Shown here: positions 53,408 to 64,000 of the stretch, piece by piece
How positions within the stretch are numbered: position 1 is the first letter of the stretch
Layout of the letters: every line of letters begins with the position of its first letter
DNA from: Catajapyx aquilonaris
Lineage: Eukaryota
Reading direction: 5' to 3'
DNA: 64,000 nt
Assembly: GCA_000934665.2 (NCBI GenBank)
Contig: KZ538095.1
Coordinates: 1 to 64,000 of the forward strand
The notes under the pieces: model-generated
Database searches by the model: none
What the model was told of the DNA's origin: nothing
The model's input: only the letters and a program-made list of their open reading frames with translations
Translations under genes and position numbers: made by a program

Positions 53408-53453
53408 CTTCCGGGTGGGCAGGGGCCACAGCCAATCACGGCCATTGACGTCA
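53408..53453 (+). promoter_or_regulatory. Promoter-like motif cluster: ETS, GC-box-like, CCAAT and CRE
   Basis: CTTCCGG, GGGCAGGGG, AGCCAATCAC and TGACGTCA all lie within 46 bp. Confidence 0.4.
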
Positions 53454-56400
53454 CATCTCGCCAAACGATGAATATCGATACTTATCAAGGAGGCCGATTT
53501 GATGTGGCGAGTTTCTTGATCTTGCAGTTACAATTCACCTACTTTTCGTCCAATTTGGTACACCTTTTAGTCTTCACGTGGGTTTGAGACATGATCCCAA
53601 ACCTGCGTCCCTTTTCACTGCCTGACGCATCCACTGTATGATACTATCGCTAATTTGTCCACCTGGGTAGGGGGGATTTATTAAGGTTTTTGGGTCCCCC
53701 TCAGCAACTCAGAAGATGGAAAGGAGAGGTCCGGGCAGCATGAAACACCCGACGATGCCTGGACGAGATAAGTTCAATATATTTGGCTGGATATGAGAAG
53801 AGGCGGGAAGGAGAGTGTTGGAGAGAGGAGGGGTTCCCTAGTGACGCTGGGGGGTCATTTACAAGTGCGTTGACAAGCTTTTTACTGGTAGGGGGGTTCA
53901 CCTGCCTGGATTTGTTGGCGTTGTGCATGCGGCGTCATATCGGAAGGGGGATCGGGGATCGCCCGCGGATTAAAGGTGATCAGCATTGGCGATTTATTGC
54001 TCGCCTGGCATCAAAAGGTGGGGGCAGCAGAGGGTGTGGGAACATATCAGAGCGTTTCTGATAATTTTAACTAAGCTACATACTATTCAAAAGGATCATG
54101 GGGATATAAGGGCGGGATGAACCACACATGTTTTGAATACTAGGGGACACTGGACCCGATTACTTATTTGCTTATTTATTATCTGTGCGAACATTCACGA
54201 TTTTTTTCCACGTTCACGTTTTGGCCAATTTGCGATATTTTTTCTGGCGATATTGATTCCCGGTTGTGCGATGCTTCTTTTCGCTATGTTATTACCTGTC
54301 AGCGATGAAGCTGCGCTCATGTAGCTTGGGAGCTTAACTCGGGGGATAAATATCCAAGACGGGAAATCCAAGGGAGTTGTTAACGAAGAAAAACGCGGGA
54401 GTTAAGCAGAATAGTTGGTGATCTCCATTAGGGAGAGAGAGATGGCAAAGTAGAAGCTAAGTTTACTACTAGGCTCTCTCGTTGCTTTTCTCCGTATAGG
54501 CGAAATGCAATACACCTGGCTCCTCCTGGCGGGGCCTTCTTAGCAGGGATTTACTTGTCCGGACCCCCCTCCTGCCGCTACGGAATCTTATTATATGCAA
54601 ATCAAGTTTGAATGTGCCATTTCCACAAACTTTCTTAATCGCCGACTTAAGACGCTGCTGAGCCTTATGTCTCGTTATTCTCGGGGTTGTGTTATCTTAT
54701 CAAAACTTCATTTGGGCAATGCGATTAAGATGGCTAATTATTCCTTGAAGAGGGGGAGGGTAGGGTTGGGTGGTGGACACGATGAGCCTGTTGATACTGC
54801 CGCCCCTGTAGGGCAAGTCGCCCAAAACTTAGCAACTAAGTTTCTACCAAGAAGTTGGCTCCCGAAACTTAGACCTCCCCCACCAAACATATACACCCCC
54901 ACTTAACCTTTGTTCCGGAGAAGGTAAATACAAGGCGGGTGCGGAGAGAAGAAAAAAAAAACGAAGAAAAGAGGCCTTCCCCTATCTCAGCCCACTATGG
55001 TTCCGGTTAGAATAACACGGCTCCGCTTTAAGTGAACTACGGCTCCCAACTCGTAACTCCACAGGAGTAACTCTTGTTTTCCGCAATGTTAAGTTTTCAG
55101 AGATTTGGTGTAAGGAAAGGGGCAAAGTTACCCTGCAAAGATCAGCAGCCTACTACCTTTCTTGACGTCACAGATCGGATGAGGTACGCACTTTGAAGAT
55201 TAGGCGAACTTGGCACTTGACAGCTTCAATCGGGACTAAGCTGCTTAGTACAACTGTGGAAAATATTAGGCTGAATTTTAGATACACTCGACTGAAGTTT
55301 TTTGTCATCCAATAGCATACCTTGTACCTACAGAACTCAAAAAATCAGCCTACCAAAATTATGATGATTAGACAATACACTTACGAATTGTCGCAATGTT
55401 GGTGTACCAAGTGTCAGATAAATATAACACGTAACAAGGAACGGCAAGGTAGCCTCCTCTTTAAAAAAAATTGCTACTAAATAACCGCGTAAGTAGCTTA
55501 GGAAGAATGATACTCTCGACGTCACGTAGCAGTAAATAAACCCAGCAGCGCAGCTAACCTTTAAAATGTGGAATTTCCCCCACTTTCAACGCGATATTAA
55601 CCTTCATGAAAACCGCATTCTTGCAGGGATTTATGGGCGTTTGGGGCGTGCTAATTCATCCCCCTTTTAATCCAACCGAACCTAACCGAAGCATGCGTCT
55701 TGTTCGTTGTCACTGCATGACCGGGCATGCTTTTAGCCGCTAATTTATTACAATACAGCCCCAGTTATCAATCCAAGGGTTGGAACGAATTTTAGTAATT
55801 TTTTTTGTGTTACTAGGGTTAATTGTTGGAGCGGGTTAAGCAGATGGCAGTGTTCAAGGGCAAGTTCGTAGGGTCCTCCTCCCGTAAATCGTTCAGGTGA
55901 GGTACGCGGGGTATGATACCGGCTCTAATAATATGACACCGCGACCAAATTCAAGGCGCCCGGGCCCGAATACGAAGCGGCCAATTAAGTGTCCGGGACC
56001 CAGAGCAGGCACACCCTGGACCTTGTCACATGTCACCCGGACCTGGATTTGTGCCTGCCCTCATACACTCACTCACATGATTCCAATAACCTCAACGGTC
56101 AAATGGAAGGGGCAGCTTCGGAGCAGCCTGTTTTCTTATGGAGGAGGTCGTTCAAAGTGGGTTCGTGACACTTGACGCTTTTTTGTGGTGTCTTTTTTTG
56201 TGAAAGAGCGACAATGCTTGTAACAAATTTTCAATAGCTTACGTACCGCTATTGGGGTGTCACATGTTGGCTGTTTTTTTCAATGAGAAAGTGTCATACA
56301 GTTTAGTAGTTCCAATACAGTAATACGGACAGTTTCACCCAGAAAAAGGCGGATCGTATCCAGTTTAGTGACAGTCGAGTCCATGAGAGACCTTGGAGAC

Positions 56401-57091
56401 AAGGTGCTATGTTTTGCCTCGTCCAGGAGACATGGGTCGGAACCCCTGGCTCCACTTTGTCCAGGTCCTGACTAAAAACCGGAGATTATAATCACACACA
56501 GCCAAAGTGACTTGATTTATGACAAGATGGGACATCTCCTACCAGTCGTTCATCCCTGCTTAGACGAAGGGCACTCTTCTTCTTCTCAGCTTTTTTTTTA
56601 AAACTTCTTCACTCCCACCCTATTGTTTTTTGTATGCATCCAAGGATCACTTTTCGTCGTGTTCGATCCCATACATTTTTTTTCCACCAGTATGGTTCAA
56701 AAAATTGTAAGCTATTTGTTGTTTGAGACAGAGGTTGGAGACCCTATTTTTTTTCCTTCAAAGTTATACAGAGCTCACGACTCCTGGCGCCCATATATAA
56801 CATCCGTCACAGCTTACATTCATATGCATATGAGCCGCTTCCGTTCCCCGATGTGCCTACGACATTGTAGCGTGTCGCTGTGTATGATTAACGATCACGT
56901 GGGATGGCTCTGGCGAAAAAGAGCTGAGGGAATGCCGCCGGCACAGATTTCTCAAGATTCACAGCTCCTTTTTTTGTGTGCAGTGCGTGACATGCGTAAT
57001 ATTCTGCGCATATTTGTCATCTTCTTCGGATTTACTAGCCGCGAAAAGAAATCCGCGATAAGGATCAGCTAAGCAGGTGGGAGGTTTGACA

Positions 57092-57106
57092 CCAACAGAT
57101 GGCGTC
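57092..57106 (+). promoter_or_regulatory. CTCF-like motif in + orientation
   Basis: CCAACAGATGGCGTC resembles CCANCAGATGGCGC. Confidence 0.3.
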
Positions 57107-60100
57107 ACTGTGGGTGAAGAAAAATGGCCGACTGTTGATTTACACAAAATTATTGCGTCTTGTGTCTTTAAAACGAGTGGATTTGAGCATTCCCGATTGT
57201 GTATCGCTCTTCACCATCGCCTCCTTTTTTTATTGCTGGTTGTTAATCCTATTGCGTCATTTCCGCTTCGAGCAGTGCCGGTTATCCCACCATGTCGAAC
57301 CAATAGAAAGAATCCTGGCGACTAATTATGACCCTTCTAAATCTTAAATGTTTTATTCGCAGCCGTTTATTTAGAGTCCAGTCGACCCGGCAGGTATAAA
57401 TAAGTACTTAAGTGTGATGCGACCTCCTTGGATGTTATTTAAGGATTTGGCTCCTTTTATATAGATAAATTATGTGTTGGTTTGGCAACTTTTTTTTAAA
57501 CGGCTCTATGTCAAACCAGAGGGACCCATATGTCAATTAAGACACGTCCATTGGCATAGCAGGACGAGGGAAATAAAATGAAACATTAGCTGTCGGTGAG
57601 ATCCCTATTTCAATGGGTTTAATAGCCGAATGAATCTTTGTGGAATGTTTCAAAAACGATGGGCATGAAAGTGCAGCTGGTGCGCCCAATTGGCAGCTTA
57701 AGCTTCCTCCGGCCAAGATTAATAGATATTAGGTCTAATCGTCATTAATTTATACCCGCCATGGGGGTACCAAATGGGTGTCATAACCTTTTGTTACACA
57801 CTTGCCCTCGCCCATGCATAAAATAATGGTCGGGAGGGCGAGTCTCTCGGGGATATGACCCCAATTTCGTCACCCTCTAGCGTCGCCTGGTTTTGTGATA
57901 TGAAATCCATGTCGTCGCATTATGGATTGATTCGATAACACGCGTTGTAACCAGCTTAGCGTCGGATTAGAGGCCCCGAGCCTGCGACCCTCGAATCGTC
58001 CTTTGGGGACACGACTAGTGAGACTTGATGGAGAAGAAATCCCCCAGTGCGCCATGCAAATTCCCATGATTTATTGGATCCCATAGGAACCGAGGGGAAA
58101 AGCCTGCCGTCATATTATTACCAGATGAGCAGGGGGTTGTAGCTTTGCCTCTTGTCGGAATTATTCCGATGAGCGGGGCGTCAAGTGGAACAGGGTTCTC
58201 AGATCGTTTCTCGGCAACCGGATTCTGGGTTACCAGATGCTTCCGTGTGCTGTGCGTACAGTGTTGCAAAGGAATATTAGTTAACATGGACTGGCCTTCG
58301 GTGTGAGATGTAATATCCCCTGCCACTGTGTGGACACAATTAAGCGCTGATCCAATTATTCTGGGCGGACTTTGATGGATGGAGTTTGATTGGGCGAGGA
58401 GGCTAGAAAGTCGCTGGAGTTGGGTCCCCCGTCGCTAGCTCCAATTCAAGTCGAGAGAGCTCCAATGAATATGTTCATTTGCCACCAGGTCCCCCTTCCA
58501 AATGATCGGCTGGAAAAGCTCCCGGAGAAATTCCAATCCAACACCTGTTTGAAGCCATGAGCACAACCGTTGCACCTGGGTCTCCCCTCTACGACCATCC
58601 AATGATCTCAGCACTAATCATTCTCACGCTTTGTGAATGCGGCCTACCTATACCTTACCTCCCAATCTAAACTATGACTCTATTAAAGGCGAAGCATTTT
58701 TGTTGGCCTTTTGATTTCGAGGGAGGCCAATACACTCCGATTGCACGCCCTATAAAGCCTCAGGAGATTAAACTTGTAGATTTGCTCTTCTTCTTGGCAA
58801 ACAAAAGGCACCATGCAAGAATGCCTTTCAAGTTTGAAAGAGGAATTTTATTTACTCATTGCTGCATGTTGGGAGTCGGAACACACATTTGGGCTGGAAT
58901 GATACATGGGCGGCAGGTTGGAAGAAAATGTCGGCGACTAGTGTTACCTGTTGGCTTTCAATTCATGCGGCTGGGGTATTTGATATCGCCCACACTTGGG
59001 CATGCGAGGGGAGATTCAGAAGGATCTGCTATGCTTCGGATCTTAGTCGGCAGCTTCACAGAGGCCGGGGGTCATTAGGTGCAAAAGGTGTGGCGAATGA
59101 TGGAAATCATGTGGGTCGGGCCAATACAAGGAATGTTTTGTACTTTTCCATACTCATTTTTTTTTAAACAATCATGAGCAGCGTCATGCTCTTCAAATAT
59201 TATATACCCCGCTTGGTAATCTCAGTAGCATCTACAGGTGGGCTATTACGCCCACTTTATTTACTTTAGATGCAATTAACCGAACGCACATGCAAACGAG
59301 AAGGGAAGCTACCTGGTTTTTTCTGTTATACCTTAATGGGCTGGGAATCACTGGTCTCGGCCTTGATTATGATCGTGTATGTTTCAATCAGTAAATTGGT
59401 GCGCAGTAGCTACGACCTTTTCTGGTCCACAGCACCCGGGCAATGTTGTATCAATAACATAATATTCAAACAGCTGACACCTCCATCTCAAAGTGAAGGA
59501 TGACTCTGCAAAATATGGGCTCACCTTTGTCTGAGCCCGCCTTTCAAAAAGTCATTCGCGCAAAAATGTCTCAGTAAAAAATTCTTTCCATGAATATTTC
59601 CATTCCGTGCGTGTCGCCTTTTTTTAACGCCTTAAAATTGCCAACTCAGCTTCAGAAGGGAACTTCGCTCCATCAAATCGTCCTTCTTGTCAACCACTGT
59701 ACCCTTGAGTCGGTCACGGGTGACACTAATAATTTGCAAAGGCGTAAAAGCAATGTTTACTTATACATACTGTATGTATAATATATTTTTCAAACGTGAA
59801 GACACGGATTCGAAATTATACCATGGTAAAGTTCACGAGAAATTCTCGGATGGCGAATACCAAAGTTTTCCTGGCCCCACTCTGAGAACTCCTTACATTG
59901 TAGCTGCGAAAGGGCCATTCAGCGTGAATGACAGCCACGGGCTGCCAGTAGGGTGCAATGGAATTTCATAAAATAAATGGCTTTAATTTCATTGAAACCA
60001 CATAGCTGTTATGGTCTGGCTGGCATTCCCTGACTCAGAATATTAATGAACAGAAGTGGAGTGAGGTTGGGTCATGCATGTTTGGCCATTATCCGTCGGC

Positions 60101-61047
60101 GTCGACCAATGAAAAGGGCTTTGATGGGCATGCAAATGAGTTATGAAAGTTCAGGTGAAACGTCATATATTTTTCACAATCCGATGCACTTCCATAAAGG
60201 GAGTTCGGGGGCCACTGAATAGTACCGGGGGGGGGGGNGGATGGAGGGGGGTTCGCAGTAATAAATGGCACATTGGGAAGAATCCCGTTTGACCCGAAAA
60301 CAAATGGCTTACATAGAACTTCACTCTCAGGAGTTGAATGTCACATTCACAACTGCATTGTGGGGATAATGCAGAACCGAATGCAGGGTGCAGAGGGAGG
60401 GGTGGATGGAGAGGGGGGGCACGAGGGGAGGGGGGGATATATAAGCATTTCGACAAACTAATGGCGGCCTGCTTCCAACCCCCCCAACTAGAGGACAGAG
60501 ATGAATACCCTTTTTTATGCACTCTTTTTGAAAATGAGCTCTTACTTTGCTCATTTCAGTGGAGAGGTATGCCCGGTGTTACCTGGGGTTCAGAGGGAGG
60601 TTTTAGTGAATCTCCCCTTCAGACTGATGTAATAGCCAAAGAGTGGTAAACAGACTTATAAAAAGGGAGAAATAATGTGATTGATAGTCCCAACATGAAT
60701 TGAAATTTGCTGATGGTTATACTGTTAGATATGTAATAGTGTATAAATTAAATGTGTTACTTTTGCACCTCATCAACGTAAACATTGATCATGTGCTATT
60801 TTGACGGGGTTAAATTAGCAGAATGTGTTTAATGTGGTCAACAAGTATACAGTAGGCCTGCTTTTTATTGGCTTCCAAGGACTACAGAGAGCTTCCTTCA
60901 CGTTAGCTGCACTCGTAAGGGTCAGTCATGTTTTTTTTCCATGAAGGTCATGTTTTCAGCTGTACTTTTAATACATTGTAAATAATCCCTCGTTCGGTAA
61001 TAAAAAGGCAATGTTTTCGGGCATAATTTGTGAGTAGGCCTACTGTA

Positions 61048-61801
61048 CAATCCTTCCGGAAAGTTTAGGACCACCCCATCCAGAGGTTTTTCATTTCTCA
61101 AGCTGAAACTTACTGTACAAAGTAGAAGTGTAAGGTATACTGTTGAAAGCGTCTTCAAAAGAACTATAAGACAAAAAGGAACGGTCATCCTAGGTTCACC
61201 GGAAACGGAGATTATTGTTTTGTGTTTCTTTTAATTCGGTAAAACCTATATTTTCAACTAGAAATATTAATAGATAAAGGTGACCGTCACGAATTGATAT
61301 GCGATTATTTTTCCTATGACAAGAAAAATAAAGGCCGAACAAGGAAAAATAGCCCAAAAAATTGTAATAAAATAAGGTATGTAACCGAATTAGAATTTTG
61401 TCAATTTCTGTCACTTTTCTCCCCATAAGCCTCCCATAGGCAGGAAAGTGACGGAAATTGAAAATTTTTTAATTCGGTTACAGATTTTTTTTTACTAATA
61501 TTTTGGATTTTTTTTCTTGTTCGGCGTTTATTTTTCTTGTCATAGGAAAAATAATCGCATGTCAATTCGTGACGGTCACCTTTATTTATTAATATTTCTA
61601 GTTGAAAATGTATAGGTTTTGCCGAATAAAAAAAGACAAAACAATTAAAATCTCCGCTTCCGGTGAACCTAGGATGACCGTTCCTTTTTTTCTTATAGCT
61701 CTTTTGAAGACGCTTTCAACCGTACCTTATACTTCTACTTTGTACAGTAGGTTTCAGCTTGAGAAATGAAAAGCCTGGTTCTGAACTTTCCGGAAGGATT
61801 G
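61048..61801. mobile_element. 754-bp foldback (almost entirely palindromic) non-autonomous Tc1/mariner-type element
   Basis: Starts CAATCCTTCCGGAAAGTT and ends AACTTTCCGGAAGGATTG, with TA on both sides (61046-47, 61802-03). Arms of about 370 bp are roughly 90% complementary by eye and meet at a short spacer near 61425-61437. No transposase ORF. Confidence 0.92.
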
Positions 61802-63505
61802 TATATCAGAATGTTGTCTTAATTATTCTTTCACTTTGTCTATTATGAAGCGAAAAATGGTCCCAATATTGTAGTAGAGAGATATTTTTGCAAATAACTG
61901 TACAATAGGTTTATTATTTCCGTGATGTGATAATCTGGGTGCTCAAAAGTACGGTAATTTCTGCGTCTATTTTTGTTGACTGTCATACTTGAAAAACTGA
62001 TGCTCTTTGAGCCATTTCATTAAGGTGGTCTGCAGATTTGCATAATGCAATATTATATAATGTACACTACGCTCTAAAACCCGTCGTAACACCTGCTTAT
62101 AATGCACAATCTTTATATTACTGTATTCTAACACCTCTCTGTAGAGTCGTCGCCTATCCATCACACAGATCCTGAAAATATTTGAGAAATAATAAAACTT
62201 TCTCTGTTTGCAGCGATACTTCTTATTTAATCAACTGATACCTCTCTGTGTACAGAATACAGTATAGTAACAATCCATAAAATATGTGCTGCAGATAGGC
62301 CTGTAGGTCGATCTATTTTTGAAGCTTCCTTGTCGCAGTACCTTGTCACAAACTGGCACGCCTGTACAGACGTACAGTGCAAACAGGCAAAACCTTGCAT
62401 GTGGAACACAGAACACTCCTTTTTATGACCATCCGCAGCTTATTTCGCCTCCTCCGAAGCCACCGCGCACAATCGTACCCTCCAAATGTACTATGAAATT
62501 AAAAACATGCGTCGCAGTATATGATGTAAGTAAGACGTGTGGTGACGAGCCAATAGTAATCGAGCATAATCCTATAATTAGCCATAGGTGGGGGACATGG
62601 CTAAAGGGATGGAGGGCAGGGCAGAATCCTCCTCCTATCCATTAGTCAGTTGGGAGGATTCCTCCTGCAGCTAACTCTTCCATAACTTGGCAGCAGCAGA
62701 CACAAGGCTGGCATTGTGCAAATAGCTAGCCGAGGGCCTGGTTATTTACTGGCGGCCTGTGGCCAGAGCCTGGATTGGGCCTACTGGGAGAGGCCATCCA
62801 GCAGCTGACGAATGGTCCATAAAGGAATCGCACACCTTTGAAGTCTGTTTACGGAGCAATTATCGCCGCGATGGAGTTCCATAAGGCACAAGGAAGCCGC
62901 TTTGCCTTTTTTTTGCAACCCCCAAGCCGACTATCACTTTGTGCAAACCTGCGAATATGCCCGCTTACACGGTAAATAACCCATGTAAATGAAATGATTT
63001 GTTTAGCCAAATTGCAGCCAGGCGTAAATCCAATTGAGCAAGATGAAACAAATGGGCGGTCCCTTGCTGCGAGGTGTCTTATTAGTCCCCTTGATTTCAC
63101 CCCCTCCGGTTCACATCTGAATGGACCAGTGACCCTTTGGAGAGAGGGGGTCCAGAATGGAGCCAGCGGGAGGTCATCCGGTACATCCGCATAGGGGTGT
63201 TCCTGGGTTCGTATCCCTGTCACATACTTTCTGACTCACCCTGTATGGAGCAGAGACCGGTTTGGCCATTTATTAGTTGCCAGCCCCTGTGTGCTAAATA
63301 TAATCCGACCGTAACGCGCCTAGCGGGATGATAATTCGATTTGAAAATTAAATTTGGGTTTGGAGTCGGCGCCATAAAAGAAGGGCGGCCATCAGCTCCG
63401 ATTAGAGGGACCGGATCCAAAAGAGTAGTCTCCGGAATCTAACCTCATCCGAGGTGTGTTCTCTCCCCATCTCCCCCTCCCCCCTCCAGGGCAGCACCCC
63501 ATTAG

Positions 63506-63755
63506 CCAATTAGGCCAATCAGGTCAATCGGCCCCAATCCATCTGATGTGTAGAACCGTCATAACCCCCCCGAAAAAAAAGGGTGAGGGATAGGATGACT
63601 CCAGGCTATGACCTGGACATATATCATTATTTTTTTAATATAAAATTTTTATTTTTATTTGGAAGTGTTATATTCCTAGTCGATGTGAGAGTAGCTGGCG
63701 CTAAGCAGTACCCGGGCCGACATCTGTGAGGCTGGGTGGAAACTACAGCTCCCAG
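63506..63755 (+). promoter_or_regulatory. Promoter-like region: CCAAT cluster and ZNF143/THAP11-type motif
   Basis: CCAAT at 63506, 63515 and 63534. ACTACAGCTCCCAG at 63742-63755 matches ACTACAnnTCCCA. Confidence 0.35.
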
Positions 63756-64000
63756 GCTCGGAGATTCTGAAAGGAAGGGAAGTGCACTTGAGGTCATCTT
63801 ACAACCTGCCTCTACAATGTTTCAATCTCACTGTACCGTCATACATTGTAACAATGCAAATATTGACAATGTGTGAATTGACGTAACCCCTTGAAATAAT
63901 TCGCCACTTTATTATTTAAACACCGGTTGTACTGTAATGTGGTAAGCCAGTATGAAGCAGCAGGCGGGTGATTCGCGGACCACAGCAAAAGGATGTTGCA

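Noticed and set aside
56400..56460. Possible tRNA-derived SINE head (TTGCCTCG...AGGAGACATGGGTCGGAACCCC)
   Set aside because: The B box is imperfect, and there is no A box, cloverleaf, tail or TSD. Isolated GTTCGA hits at about 21050, 25027 and 26019 likewise lack tRNA structure.
715..63420. All ORFs in the six-frame track, including the longest (40828-41328, 41681-42151, 46668-47126, 18651-19103, 56623-57072)
   Set aside because: They are short, overlap on both strands, often run through homopolymers or simple repeats, and contain no domain I recognise. This is the pattern expected of random ORFs in non-coding DNA. Very small spliced exons cannot be excluded.
1..64000. Hox or other homeobox exon (WFQN, YPWM) and mature miR-10/miR-196/miR-993
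   Set aside because: I searched by eye on both strands. Near hits such as VWFNNN (about 42860-42880, minus strand), ACCCTGTA (20270, 37212, 52772) and AGGTAGTTT (11480) lack the surrounding domain or precursor sequence.

Overview
This 64 kb window reads as gene-free, non-coding animal DNA. It is roughly 45% GC by eye, CpG is not obviously depleted, and it has many poly-G/C runs, at which all the assembly Ns sit. I found no credible protein-coding exon (all ORFs are 166 aa or shorter, with no domain I recognise and no homeobox), and no tRNA, rRNA, CRISPR or prokaryotic features. Directly supported by the sequence: (i) small non-autonomous DNA transposons, namely two hAT-type MITEs with exact 8-bp TSDs (407-536, 25427-25668), a 754-bp almost wholly palindromic Tc1/mariner-type foldback flanked by TA (61048-61801), and three decayed copies of a GGGACCGTCCATAAAGTACGTCACGC-ended MITE family; (ii) several DNA palindromes and hairpins; (iii) CTCF-like sites, the best of them co-oriented, two of them inside a 70-bp module duplicated 17.5 kb apart; (iv) apparent excesses of Cdx/posterior-Hox (TTTATGG), POU octamer and CRE motifs, plus three promoter-like clusters. 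My best overall inference, not proven because no gene lies in the window, is a cis-regulatory landscape of a developmental locus such as a Hox-cluster intergenic interval in an invertebrate deuterostome (amphioxus-like). I see no evidence for a wholly new protein-based system. The most interesting signals are regulatory or structural. Motif counts are hand counts and expectations are rough independent-base estimates.
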